Position numbers and translations under genes: made by a program. The notes under the pieces were generated by a model. The model saw only the letters and a program-made list of their open reading frames with translations. It was not told the origin of the DNA and ran no database searches. 64,000 nt of DNA, taken from Octopus vulgaris (taxonomy: Eukaryota). The stretch spans positions 45,260,001 to 45,324,000 of the forward strand of contig OX597820.1 of the NCBI GenBank assembly GCA_951406725.2, in the 5' to 3' direction. Below are positions 40,294-54,140 of this stretch, piece after piece (position 1 is the first letter of the stretch; each line of letters begins with the position of its first letter).

Positions 40294-40596
40294 ACGTATA
40301 CCTATAGTTCTATTTCTTACTCAATGTTTATGTGATGGCTCGGTTACAGCTATTAAGAAAAATAGTCAATGGCGTAAGAACGAGGGTGGTCTTCACATGT
40401 GCTCTTTTGTAAAGCTAGGGTTTGGTCTTTTTTTCAAGAAGGATTAGAGGAGAACAAAATTACCCTTGGGATTGTCACTGCGTTGTCTTTTGAAGCTTGG
40501 AATTTTGCCATTTATAGACATCAACAGTGACAGAAGTAACTCAGTTCTTCATATTTTTACTCACGAGGGAAAGCAGTGAGTCTACTACTGGAAATT

Positions 40597-40716
<120 letters not shown>

Positions 40717-41087
40717 CATACATATATAAAGGTGAGGATTCAGATGAAGCACTATTATTATTACTTTTTTTATCCATTTATATATTTATATACTATCACA
40801 ACCGTAGTCACCACTAGTACAACTAACAAACAAGTCACCACCACCACCATCATCATCAGCAATACTATTTTCATCAACAACTTCGTTAGCATCATTATCC
40901 TTATCGAGATAACGGTTTTCAGGATAATCAATGACATCAATAACAACAACAACAACAACAACAACAATCGCAACAACAACTTCAATCAATGAGTTATAAA
41001 CACATTAACTTCCAAGTTCTACGTTTTTTTGTTTAACCCTAGGTCACATAACGATTAGTCGATATCATCGACTGGTACTTTATAAGC

Positions 41088-41118
<31 letters not shown>

Positions 41119-41124
41119 TATAAT

Positions 41125-41277
41125 GCTTTCAAATTTTGCCACTTGGGTAACTGGTACTTATTTCATCGACCCCGAAAGGATGAAAAGCAAAGTCGATCTC
41201 GGCGGAATTTGAACTCAGAACGTAAAGCTGAATGAAATGCCTTTAATGTGCTAATGATTCTTCCAGTTCATCGCCTC
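41125..41277 (-). mobile_element. SINE family A
   Basis: ACTGGTACTTATTTCATCGACCCCGAAAGGATGAAAAGCAAAGTCGA..GGAATTTGAACTCAGAACG; lies between (AAT)n tracts. Confidence 0.75.
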
Positions 41278-41344
41278 AATAATAATAGTAATAATAATGA
41301 TGATGATGATGATGATGATAATGATGATGATGATGATGATGATG

Positions 41345-41419
<75 letters not shown>

Positions 41420-41661
41420 ATGATGATATTGAATTTCTTGCAGGTAATATTCATTTATAACGTCTACAACAATTGCAATTTCCAAGGTAGTTGTCCAGCA
41501 GCAACAGATGTGACTCGGTACGGAACCACAACCCAAGAACCTAGAGGACCTATCTACCCGATATTAACGACCACCAACCACCACCTTCACAACAATACAC
41601 AAGCAACAAGTATATCATCACAACAACAGCTCCCACCACCAGTAATACTAGTATTAGCTGT

Positions 41662-41702
<41 letters not shown>

Positions 41703-42602
41703 CAATAGATGTAACGAGGAACAACAAACAGCTAAAATAAAAAGAATCAAAGCCAGAGAAAACTTTTCTCGGATGCTTTTTGTAATGTGAATACCCCTTG
41801 ATTTGGATTTATATTATACATCTATGTACACGATAACATATAATTAAATATACATATGTCCGAGTGTGTATGTATTGAAATAGTTAACATTCCTTTAGTA
41901 CTCAAGTGAAAACATTATTTGTCCAAACAACAGCAGGGCGTAAATTGCAAAGAATATTTTGGAACAAAAAAAAGAAGAAAAAAAATTCTATAGCATTGTG
42001 CTTGGGTTTGTTACTAAAGTTAATGTTTTCTTATGTTTATTAATTAATAACCAATAATTTTTAATATATATATCACGCCGAGAATATTCTGGAAATCTAT
42101 TCAGTTTTGGAACAAATGATATGTTTTACCCAAGGAATTTTCCCTTCCGTTCAAACTAGAAGGTAAGTAAAAAAAGTTGTTTATCTTTAAAGAAATTGAA
42201 TTGTCATTTTCATGAATGAAGCGAATTGGAATTCTTTCAAAAATTAAATCTAGCATTCTTTAATAATTATAAAAATATTTAATTAAAAAATTAAAGGAAT
42301 TTACACAAAAAAAAATTAGAAAAACTTTATTTTCATTTAGAAATTATCTCTACGTGTTTATTTGTCATAATTTTGGAGAATTGTGATAGCTTTTGTAAAG
42401 AAACATCCGACACTTTAAAGGAATGTCAAATTGGTAAGTTATATTATTTTGTCCTGATTTGCATTTTAGAACAAAATGAAAATATTAATATTTATGTGTC
42501 ACACCTGAAAGCAAAAATAACAGTAAAACTATATCAAATTAAAATCAAACACATAATATAAACACTATAATGCGTGTGTGTGTATGTATATGTATGTATG
42601 TG

Positions 42603-42663
<61 letters not shown>

Positions 42664-43022
42664 TGTGTGTATAAATATACACACACATTTATAAACATGT
42701 GAACGTAACCCATGTGCGTTTTTCTCTGGGTCTCTTCTCTCCTGTCTCATCTCCTTTCCTCTCTTTAGTGTCTTTCCCTGAATTTTCTGTAATACATGAC
42801 AAAGGACTATGTTCGAAACGTTATGCTTTCACTCTGTAATATTTTTTTTTATCTCTTTGAGAGTCAACCAAATAATATTAACTGTGAACGTCCCTTGGAA
42901 TTCTGTTGTTGCTTTTTATCAATTTGATTTGATTTGCATATGTATGTATGTATGAATGTATGTATGTATGCATGTGTGTATGTATGTATGTATGTATGTA
43001 TGTATGTATGTATGTATGTATG

Positions 43023-43055
<33 letters not shown>

Positions 43056-43483
43056 GTGTGTGTGTGTATGTGTGTGTGTATGTATGTATGTATGTATATA
43101 TGTATGTATGTATGTGTGCATGTGTGTGTGTATGTACGCATTTATACGAGGGGAGAGGGATGCAATGTGACAAAACTGATGAAAATTCCTATAGTTGTAA
43201 ACAAAGTGCCAAAAAATTTTGAAATATTGAATATACAAGATAGATTACCTTCACTAATGAGGTCAGAAGAATAGCCAAACATGTTCGAATTTTTCTCTCG
43301 TACTTGCTGGGGAAATGACAATTGCAATATCATAGAAAAATGCTTCTTGCATTAAATGCTAACTTACTTGCACTACACTGTATTCTACATTATAAAAATA
43401 CTAAGTAAATTTAACCCGTTGACATTATTTTGCTTACAATGGTTAATTGTATATAGATAGTTGTGTAGTAATAAACTAAGTGA

Positions 43484-43549
<66 letters not shown>

Positions 43550-43592
43550 TATATATCCTTTATATATATATATATATCCTTTATATATATAT

Positions 43593-43627
<35 letters not shown>

Positions 43628-43630
43628 TTT

Positions 43631-43825
43631 CAAAATGTGACCTCGTGTGTACCGTTGGCGATTTTTCCCTCTGTCTTCCCTTCTCTGGATCTTTCCTTCT
43701 CCTATGTTTCCGACGAAGAGCTCCGCTCGAAACGTTAAACCCTCCTTCTTTCCTGAGCGTCTAATAATACTATATTTGTTCCACGTCCTCGCGTTGTTGT
43801 GTTTTTTTGTGCTTTCCTGTTTGGA

Positions 43826-43829
<4 letters not shown>
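43631..43829 (+). mobile_element. Family H element, copy 3
   Basis: Best-preserved copy; (TA)n on both sides; highly similar to the reverse complement of 27698-27903. Confidence 0.78.
43706..43740 (+). ncRNA. Minimal type I hammerhead ribozyme-like motif (U4C core variant)
   Basis: GTTT-CCGACGA-A-GAGC-TCC-GCTC-GAAA-CGT-T-AAAC, identical to the copy at 27797-27831(-). Confidence 0.55.
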
Positions 43830-43871
<42 letters not shown>

Positions 43872-43910
43872 ACGGGCTTCTTTCAATTTTAGTCTACACA
43901 ATCTACATAC

Positions 43911-43984
<74 letters not shown>

Positions 43985-44769
43985 AACACTTAGAGAAAGA
44001 GAGAGAGATTGATTGATTGAGTGAGTGAGAAGTGTATTTACAGACATGTACAAAGAAAGAAAAATCTGAATAGAAATATCGCTAAATGAATGGCGTAAAA
44101 GCAACTACCACTTGGTTGAAGCAAACAAAATAATAAATGAATATATCTTACATCACATCCCAGGTATGTCTAGATAGTAGAGCAGACATAAAAAAACCTT
44201 AGAACAAATTCAATAAAGCTTTGCCTTTGGAATTCAGAGAATCTCAGCTATTTTATACAACTGAGCTTTTTTACATTGTTCAAATGTGATTTTTAAACCA
44301 TGAGACATATGTATTGTCCTCACAAGACGCCGTGTCTTCTCGAACAGACATATTTATTGTATATACTGTTGTATAGAAACACAACGCTTGCAGATGTATC
44401 ATGTTTGGAAATAAGTGGGTGTTTGCATTATATAGTTCATGTTATACATACAGTCAATTGTCTGCTTTAAATACGTCTAATACCAGCAATACAAAACGAC
44501 GAGCTAACAGCTATAACTTTATATGGTTGCTCTACCCACTAAAAATAACAGTCAAATCCCATTTTAATGTCATCATAGCTGAAAAATGAATAAAAGTTGG
44601 AATAGACACGGCTGGAGTATCATTTCAACATAGGTTTGCTTGATCTGGGTTGTCCCTGTCCCCTACCATCGCTTGACAATCGATGTTGGTGTGTTTACGT
44701 GTCTGTAACTTAGCGGTTCGGCAAAACAGACTCGATAGAATAAGTAGTAGATAGTATATATATATATAG

Positions 44770-45108
44770 TGAAGGCACATGGCTCAGTGGTTAGAGCGTC
44801 GAGCTTACGATCGTGAGGTTGTGAGCTCGAATCCCGGACCGGGCTGCGTGTTGTGTTCTTGAGCAAGGCACTTTATTTCACGTTGCTCCAGTTCACTCAG
44901 CTGTAGAAATGAGTTGCGACGTCACTGGTTCCAAGCTGTATCGACCTCTGTCTTTCCCTTGGATAACACTGGTGGCGTGGAGAGGGGAGGCTGGTATGCA
45001 TGAGCGACTGCTGGTCTTCCATAAACAACCTTGCCCGGACTTGTATCTAGGAGGGTAACTTTCTAGGTGCAATCCCATGGTCATTCATGACCGAAAGGGG
45101 GTCTTTAC
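44770..45108 (+). mobile_element. SINE family C, full length
   Basis: Near-identical to 15267-15600; lies just downstream of a family B 3' fragment (44663-44745). Confidence 0.9.
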
Positions 45109-45171
45109 CCATATATATATATATACATATATGTATGTATATGTAGATGTGTATGTGTGTTTGTGTGTGTG

Positions 45172-45247
<76 letters not shown>

Positions 45248-45249
<2 letters not shown>

Positions 45250-45402
45250 CATTGTTTCCTGTTTCTGAAGAAGAGCTTTGCTCGAAACGTAAACCCCCTT
45301 TCTTTCCTTCCCCGAGTGTCTACTAAAACTTTACATGTGTCACGTCCATGCGTTGTTGTTTTTTGTGTTTGTTCCTAATTTTTTGGGGGAGGTGGGGATT
45401 TA
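45248..45402 (+). mobile_element. Family H element, copy 4 (5' truncated), with canonical CTGAAGA hammerhead core at 45261-45294
   Basis: GTTT-CTGAAGA-A-GAGC-TTT-GCTC-GAAA-CGT-AAAC, then CCGAGTGTCT..CACGTCC..GCGTTGTTG..GGATTTAC as in the other copies. Confidence 0.7.
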
Positions 45403-45463
45403 CATATATATGCAAATATATACATACATACTTACATACTTACGTAGTACATACATACATGTA

Positions 45464-45501
<38 letters not shown>

Positions 45502-45720
45502 CATACTCTACTTCATACACATAAATGCTTCTTTGCCGAATCAAAAAGGAAAGAGGGGATGGTCATGCTTAGACTGCCTTTGACCAACTGTCTGCTCAAT
45601 CAAAGCAACTGTATTCAACAAAGAAAACATAACCTTATGAACCCATAAGTTTGTTGCTTTTACATGAATAGCTACCCCATTATCGCCCCACATTTCTTCA
45701 ACGCTCCTTTGGAAATATCC

Positions 45721-45788
45721 ACCGCCCCCAAAGGGGCAATACCGCCCCCAAAGGGGCAATACCGCCCCCAAAGGGGCAATACCGCCCA
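45721..45788. repeat. 20-bp tandem repeat ACCGCCCCCAAAGGGGCAAT x3 plus partial
   Basis: Directly visible; each unit contains a GCCCC/GGGGC hairpin; probably within a DNA-transposon subterminus. Confidence 0.9.
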
Positions 45789-46002
45789 CTTTGAAAATCA
45801 TTGAATTACAAGAACAATCTACCCGACTGTCTTCAATACAGTCTTCCAGTCTCTGTCCATCCAGTTTCATTCATAAAGAATGAATCAAGCCGAACCTGAA
45901 GAAAACAGCATTTGGTCACGAAGCCAGACGATCAAACTGAACTAGGGACTTATAAGTTGCAAAGCAAACATTGTAACCATTCGACCATACTGCGCATGTA
46001 TA

Positions 46003-47743
46003 TCTCTCTATATATAAAACTGAGAATGTGTGTGTGTGTGTGTGTGTGTCTGTCTGTCTGTGTGTCTGTGTGTCTGTCTGTTTCCCTAAAACTTGAGAAC
46101 TACACAACCAATTTCATTCAAATTTTACACATGCCTTACTTAGGGTCCGGGGAGTGTCATCGGCAAAAAATTTTAACTTTTTGCCTAGGGCCAGCCCACA
46201 GCAATATCATATCTTCTCCACTACGATTCCCTAAAACTTGAGAACTACACAACCAATTTCATTCAAATTTTACACATGCCATACTTAGGGTCTATATAGT
46301 TTCATGGGCAAAAAAAAATGTTCAACCGCTTGCTTAGGGTGAGCCCATAGCAATATCATATCTTCTCCACTATTTCAGTATTACGTGTTAAAAGTGAAAC
46401 AAAAACATCTCTCTATTTTATGTCAGATACTTTCACTTTAACAATAAAAATTAGAGATAATAATAACAGTTGAATTATATGTAGTAAGTAATAATTAAAA
46501 TCAAACAAAAGTATGATATAATAATTAAATCGTAACATTGTATCAATGACTTGAACTTGAATCAGTGGTTTCACATGAATGGGAATAAATAAAAAATGAA
46601 ATTTAAGTGCAGAAATGGAATAGTCCAGATGGAGGTGTGCACGGCTTTTACATTAGATTATTTGCTAATTAGCTAGCATTAAGTATCTATATGAAGTTTG
46701 GCTGTACGAAAGATGCTTCTACTGAGTACCGCTGTTGGTTTATTTCTGATCCATAAAGGCCTATAGCTTCAACAGAATACTGCTTTTTTGTTTACCGTAA
46801 GGTTTGTTGTTATTATTATTTCTGTTTAACTATTGTTATCACGTTTGTTGGTTCCTCGTAAGGGAAGCGTTGTTGTGTTGCATTTGTTAAATAATTGTAA
46901 ACCGTAACCCTCCCATTTTGAGAGAAGGAGCTTTGGTTATTGTTTAAAAATTGAATTGTGTCCCTGTTTGGGAAATTGACAATATTTTCACCGTTTACAC
47001 GGAAGCATTTTTGGTAGAATGCCTTCGATAGAAGAAAGTCCAATAATGAATTTCGCTGCAGCCGTCGGCGGGCGGCGAACTCATTAAAATTAAAATGGAA
47101 GAAATACAAACCTATTTCGGATTGATCCCCGACAAAGATGGTGAATCTAGGATAACACCACCAAACGAAATAAAAAATTAAATTAAAGAAAAGACTATTG
47201 CCTATAAAGTATACAATGTAGAGAAAAAAAACGATTTGAACACCTGAAGGAAAGCACCATCGAAAAGTGTCTTGGTGCGACTATGAAATATATCAAGTAT
47301 CTAACCAGAGGCGGTAAATTCGCCACAATAGAAGCAAAGTTCGAGTCAACGGAGCGTGCAAGGAAGTACTCGACTCGAACCTTGCAAAGTGGAAATATCT
47401 TGTTTTTACCTTTATATCTGGGACATAGGACGTCCCGGATAAAAGTTTAAAATGCCACCCCCCCACCGAAGTAGAGGTAGGCTGGATTGTAGCCACATTT
47501 CTATAAAAGAGGGAGGACAAGATACAATTGATCGAAATTACAAGAGACGGGCTAACAATTCCAGTCTGTTATATATTTTGAGTATTGTTATCACTAGCGA
47601 TATCAAGATATAACTTTGTATTTTGTATTTTATGTGTAGATGTATATATATATAGATGTACATGTAATATGTACACATATATATATACACATATATACAT
47701 GCACTAGCACTATGACCCGGCAACGACGGGTCTTTAATGCTAG
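46003..47743 (+). mobile_element. Probable non-autonomous Helitron
   Basis: A|TC start (TCTCTCTATATATAAAACTGAGAATGT), (GT)n/(GTCT)n, internal ~146-bp duplication (46083-46225 / 46228-46372), 3' hairpin GACCCG..CGGGTC (47714-47732), then CTAG|T. That both ends belong to one element is inferred. Confidence 0.65.
47095..47555 (+). mobile_element. Decayed LINE ORF1-like coding fragment
   Basis: YLTRGGKFATIEAKFESTERARKYS..LFLPLYLGHRTSRIKV*NA..PTEVEVGWIVA recalls RRM-type ORF1 of non-LTR elements; recognition from memory only. Confidence 0.35.
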
Positions 47744-47803
<60 letters not shown>

Positions 47804-47860
47804 TTACCAGTAAATTCCACCGCGGTAAATTCCATCATGGTAAATTTCATCACAGGTGAA

Positions 47861-47928
<68 letters not shown>

Positions 47929-49699
47929 CATTATTATTGTTGTTGTTGTTTTATTGGTTACGATATTATGGAACTAAAAAAAGAATGTATAAAATATATC
48001 AATGCCAATGAATACAAAAAAAATACGTTGAAGATTAGTCTGACGAGGAAGACATCCTTTCTGAGTTTTTCATCTATTTTTAGATTACATACACTGGGAT
48101 TGTAAGGGGGCGCGGTCCTCGTTGGGGAAGAGAAACCCCACATTTTCCTATACAACACTAAAATGTACGTGATCGCGTCTTAAAGGACTTGCCAAGACCA
48201 AATAGTTCTTTAGAAGCCATCGGGTGGTCACTTCGGAGGGTTCTCTTATGAGTTAATGGTTTAATACATTTCGAAGTAGCTATCTATTCGTCAGTATCAG
48301 ATATTCAAAGGAGGTAAGTCTGAATTAACAGATTAGGTTTCATTTATAGAAAGCAAATAAACAATTTGGAGTGATAGCTTGCTTTCCAACTACACTGGTT
48401 CAGTCCCGGTGTCAGGTATTCTGTTAGTTGTCGAAAACTACGTCAGGTATTAACCTCTTGTATGTAGAAGACGCACTTCATCTACACGCAGTGAAGGCGT
48501 GTGGATATAACATTATTTTCATGTCTAAAACAGACTTCAGCAAAAAATGTGGAAATGCGTAATGGTATTTCATGCAAATGACAAGAATATTTTTTATTCA
48601 GTATTTTTCAGTTGACGATGCATCCTTTATATACGAAATAAACGAATTTACTCATTTATTTTAAAGTCTTTCTCTGAACATAGCAATGGACATTCTACAT
48701 GTTGTTAGCGACTTAACTATTGACTAAGTTCTTCAAAGTCTAATATACTTCCAGAGAGAAAACGATCACACCTAGACGTGAGTAAGTATTAGAGATTGCA
48801 TAGTTTTTAATGAAACAAACGATTTTTAAAAAATTATCGATACTATAAGTGTTTAAGCTGCGGATACATATTCGATAGTAACGTGATGTGGAGTCATCCC
48901 CAATATTAGTATGTATTCATGTATTGCCATTTTCTTTTAGCGAATTATCCGTCTACATCCGATAGCTTTTGTTTGTAGATAGTCTTATGATTAGAAGAAG
49001 CGCATAAGTTTGAGACAGCAGATATGAAGGATTTAGCAATTACATAAGTTGACTCGTACTGGAAGGTTTTCTTCGATTGATATTGGTTGTGATAATATAG
49101 AAATCTCTTCTTATGAAATATGATAGTTAGGGCTTACGAATTAATGTTTACTGGGTAGCTTTAGGAAAATCTTGACGGCAATGGTATCTACATTTATACT
49201 ATAATGTGTATTATATCATGTAATATTCCTTGTGCTATTTTTGACGTTTATGAATATTAGTGATGTTCTCTATATAATATCGAGTTATGCTGTTCCTATA
49301 AAAATTACCTAATGTTTCTAGAATAATTAGGATGATGGAGTGAATTTACATAATTATATAGGAATATCTACTTACGCCTACTGCAAAGGAAATGCTTACT
49401 TGTAACTATGCATAGACATATACATAGGGAAATAATTATGTACCTTTGTACCTGCAAAGAACAGCCTTCTTTAATATGTTGAGGAATAACAGCTTCTATG
49501 GAACAGCCATTCATATTCCTCCAATGAATAATCCATCAGGTTTGTAACTTGCGGAACAAAGTATTTTGAGAAGTAATCCTAAAACAAATGACATCTTTAT
49601 GTACAATACACTACTCGTATATCAATGTATTCCAAATATTTTCCTTGAGATATTGACAGGCTGCTTTTTTAATTCAGTATTAAAACTAATTGAAATCGA

Positions 49700-49880
49700 T
49701 TTAAATTCGTATAGAACATGCATACTGTTTTTTGGATGGAAAAAATATGAATTTTTGTCGACGAGGTCAGAACCATAGTAGAGGAGTACTTTTCGTCACA
49801 GAGAAGTGAATTTTGGAAGAGAGGCCTTGGAGAACATTGCAGAAAATGAAGGAAATTATAACGGACACTGGTTATAATGG
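49700..49880 (+). mobile_element. Decayed mariner transposase C-terminus
   Basis: ..FVDEVRTIVEEYFSSQRSEFWKRGL.. resembles the mariner terminal helix (EEVxxxLxxFFxSKxxxFYxxGI). Confidence 0.45.
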
Positions 49881-50462
49881 ACATAGGTTCGTGTGTTACA
49901 GAGCTAGCTAGAGGCGATGGCCCCTGGGAGCTAATCAACGGCAGCATTCATCCTATTTTCCGGGACTACCATGTTAACTTGGTGATAATTATTAATATCC
50001 AGTACCATTGCCGTAGTCTCCTTTAGAGAGATTTCGAAATATTAATATTTCTATTGAAGGAAATTATATTTTTGATTAAAAACGAACTTTAACACATATA
50101 AATTAAGAGAACTTTTCGTCGGTGTGACTGAAATCAAGGTATGCCCTCTGGGTACTAAAAATTGTATGGCACTAAAATTCCGCTTGGAACTGCATTTGAA
50201 AATATGACTTTCTGACTCCCTTTCTAAAGCAGCTAGAAATAGCTTCCCCTTGATTCACTGTTACGTATGTTAAACCTATCTCTTTTCGAGAGAATACTCA
50301 CCCTTATGGACCCCTCGCTCGATATGATGTTCCAGTAGCTGGGATAATCTAGAAACAGCTGTAAATGTCTATCTAAATCTTCTATTATGGACCTATTATG
50401 TCAAGTCTTGTTAGTCTGTTTGCCTTTACATTTCTAGTTTAATCTGTGTGTGTGTGTGTGTG

Positions 50463-50541
<79 letters not shown>

Positions 50542-50548
<7 letters not shown>

Positions 50549-50832
50549 TGAGGTTGTGTGCTGTCTGTCTCCTACGATTTAGATTCCTAACTACTCCCAC
50601 ATTTTGCGGTGCAGTTTAACCAAAAGCGGGTATCTTATAGTCGTGATTCATATCGAGCCATTCTGGGTATTAGCGCGCGTCTACGATGAGTCTACGATTA
50701 AAAAAAAATTACCATCATTTTTTTCCATTTTTAATGCATTTTTTTTGCTATTATATAAGGGAAGTAACTCCCTAAAAATGCTTATATAGTTATTTCCCTT
50801 ACAAACCCGAGCAACGCCGGGCGATACTGCTA

Positions 50833-50833
<1 letters not shown>
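50542..50833 (+). mobile_element. Short non-autonomous Helitron inserted in (TA)n
   Basis: 3' hairpin CCCGAGCAACGCCGGG (50806-50821), then CTAG|T; 5' end merges with (TA)n. Confidence 0.75.
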
Positions 50834-50896
<63 letters not shown>

Positions 50897-50947
50897 CTTT
50901 AGTTTCAGTCCGAGGACTGCAGCCATGTATGTATGTGTATATGCGTA

Positions 50948-51007
<60 letters not shown>

Positions 51008-51630
51008 ATCTATCTATTTGTCTATCCTATATTAATATATATGAAACAGTAACACAAATAAAGTAGCGAGTGATGCTATGAAAAGACAAAACGACCAGGA
51101 CAGTAATAAGTAGCAATAAGAGTGTGAATAATTAAAAACCCAAATTAAATGCATAATACATGGGTCATTGATGTCTTTCTCTTCTTTTTCCTCGTCCACT
51201 TTCTCTCTCTTCTCCCCTCCCTTTCTTTCCCTGTCTCCTCTACTTTCACTTTTGACACCACCTTTCTATTCCTAGGTCACTTGGGAAACTATTGGTGATC
51301 AGCAAAATCAATAAGGAAAACAAATTATTCTTCTAACACCCTAGCTGCAAACAAATTATGAGAATATTGGGTGAAATAAATAACTTGACAACTTATTGAG
51401 AATATTTACCTTTCTGTCTGATGAACAAATGAATTTTATATCGTTAGTCTTTAATGTTTTTTAAAAGAGCAAACAATCAAGAGTTTTGTTTCATCAATAA
51501 ATCTTATGATATTTCCCGCCTTGGCAATCTCTTTCTGTCTCTATCTTTAATCCGTTTTCTAGTGTGTTGTATTCTCTCTCTCTCTCTTACGCTTTTTATC
51601 ATGCTCTCTTTTTTGGTGTCTATCACGCTG

Positions 51631-51703
<73 letters not shown>

Positions 51704-51864
51704 GTATGTCTGTCTGTCTGTCTGCCTGTTTGTATGTCTGTTTGTATGTCTGTCTATCTATCTACCTATCTATCAGTCTGTCTGTCTGTCTGTCTGTCTG
51801 TTTTTCTATCTACCTGTCTGCCCGTCTCTCTCTCTCTCTCTATCTATCTATATATATATTTACA

Positions 51865-51915
<51 letters not shown>

Positions 51916-52355
51916 TATTAATTATCTATCTATCAATTTACCTATTGTCTATTTATCTATCAATCTATATGTCTACCTGTCTACTTGTTTATCTGACTTC
52001 CTGTCTTTCTGCCAGTCAAAGTTTCTGTTTGTATCTCATATCAAATCTTATATGATACGTATATAATTCCCTCTCCGTTTCCCTATATTTTATTTCGTCT
52101 CTCTCATCAATATTTCATTGTACATCATTTTGTCTCATTAGAGTAAATACGATTTTGTAAAATTGTTCAGAACCATATATATTCATTGTCTCCAATGAAA
52201 AATGACGGTTTGGGACTTTACGTTCTGAAAATGAACTCTTTTTAGAATACAATACTTGGTCAGTTGGTCTGGTAGCAGAGGGATGATGGTGATCTTAGTG
52301 AAATATCAGGTCACGGTTAATACGTGAACCTAGCACAAATACAAATTTGTTATGC

Positions 52356-52390
<35 letters not shown>

Positions 52391-52395
52391 ACGCG

Positions 52396-52471
<76 letters not shown>

Positions 52472-52669
52472 AACGCACACACACACACACGCACGCACAC
52501 AGACACGCACACAAACACACACACAAGCGCGTACACACACAAGCGCGCACACACACAAACACACACACACACTCTCTCTCTCTCTTCCTCACACACACAA
52601 ATACGTTCTTGTATATTAAATACTAAATACATCTACAGGTATACAAATATACGCAAATACAAGCATAAA

Positions 52670-53166
52670 AACATACACTCTAATTTGCCATATCCTGAAC
52701 GCCTTACTTCCCTGGGCATGGACACATTGAAACTCCGACGTCTGGCAGCTGACTTGGCAGACACCCATAAAATTATCAACCAACGTACAAACAATAACTC
52801 TGAGCACCTTTTCAAACTCCACCCATCTAACACCCGTGGACATATTTACAAAGTAAGAAAACAGCACAGCTCCCATGACTTCAGGAAACATTTTTTCACG
52901 CTGAGAGTTGCTGAAGCATGGAACAAACTGCCGACATCAGTTGTTAGTTGTCGGAGCACTGCATCCTTCAAAACTTCCATGCTTCCTGAGATTCGCCAAC
53001 ACTACAGTCGATTTTCTCTCCTCCATACACACACAAGCATGTATCTGACTCAAACATTGTTCGCTTTCCAGACATTTCTACATTACTGCATGTACTTTAT
53101 ATGCACTTTCTGACAAGTTGTGGTGCACCTGAGCACTGTATACAATAATTTCATTATTATTATTAT
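52670..53166 (+). mobile_element. CR1-clade LINE 3' end (ORF2 C-terminus, 3' UTR, (ATT)n tail)
   Basis: LPYPERLTSLGMDTLKLRRL..DL..HKII..NTRGHIYKV..RKHFFTLRVAEAWNKLP..VV..FK is the canonical CR1 C-terminus; ends AATAATTTCATTATTATTATT. Confidence 0.9.
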
Positions 53167-53206
53167 ATTTATACAGAGTTAGGGAAGCGGCAGGTCATGT
53201 TAGGTA

Positions 53207-53800
53207 TACGAAGCCTGATCAATAGGTATCCGCAATGCTGTTATAGTAACAAAGCTAAAGCACTCAGAGTGAAGCCGCTTGCCAAAGATTGGGCCTTGAA
53301 CGCTGCTGTGCACTTGCACTAAGTTTTACCGTTGTAGCTAACTTCCGCTTAGAAGGAAGGTGTGTAGCGGGTGATCATGGCATTGACCATGAGATAGAAA
53401 GTTGTCCTAGCGATACCTGCTCAGAGGCCTACTCAAAGTTGTAGGAAGTGTATGGGGAGGAGTGTATGAGCCGCACACAAGTGTACGAGAACTTCAGATG
53501 TTTCCAAGAGGGCGGAAAAAATATTGATGAACGTTCTGGGGGACCTGCAACCAGCAGAACCGAGAAAAACATCACAAACGTGCATGCAGCTGTGAGGGTA
53601 AATCGTCGAATCATTATCCGTGAGTTATCAAAGGAAGTGCAGATTAATTGCGGTTCACTTCAGTCCATTATCACTGAAGATTTGAGTCGAGACGTATGTC
53701 TGACAAGTGAGTGACAAAACTGCTTGCAGCTGACCAAAAGGACACTCGGGCTTTAGTTTGCACAAGATCTTCTTGATTGTCTTGAGAACGATGAAAAGAG
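53207..53800 (+). mobile_element. Mariner element 5' part (TIR plus HTH region of transposase)
   Basis: TA-CGAAGCCTGATCAATAGGTATCCG terminus; VYGEECMSRTQVYE.FR.FQEG..DERSGGPATS..NRRIIIRELS matches the mariner N-terminal DNA-binding domain. Confidence 0.85.
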
Positions 53801-53804
53801 TTTG

Positions 53805-53922
53805 AAAACTTTGCGTAGGTCTTTGAGCAGGTATCGCCAAGCTTTTGGCAAAATTTGATAGAGATTCTCTGCTCAACTTTCTCTGTAGAGGTCAATGCAT
53901 AGACCACACGCTACACACCTTC
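53805..53922 (-). mobile_element. Inverted mariner N-terminal fragment
   Basis: Minus strand reads TEKVEQRISIKFCQKLGDTCSKTYAK, the typical mariner start EQRxxIKFCxKLG. Confidence 0.8.
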
Positions 53923-54140
53923 ACTAAGATCACCATCATCCCTCTGCTACCAGACCAACTGACCAAGTATTGTATTCTAAAAAGAGTTCATTTCTCTGTA
54001 GAGGTCAATGCATAGACCACACGCTACACACCTTCACTAAGATCACCATCATCCCTCTGCTACCAGACCAACTGACCAAGTATTGTATTCTAAAAAGAGT
54101 TCATTTTCAGAATGTAAAGTCCCAAACCGTCATTTTTCAT

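Noticed and set aside
52352-53113. Longest ORF in the track (253 aa)
   Set aside because: A (CA)n tract fused in frame to a CR1 LINE C-terminus; not a host gene.
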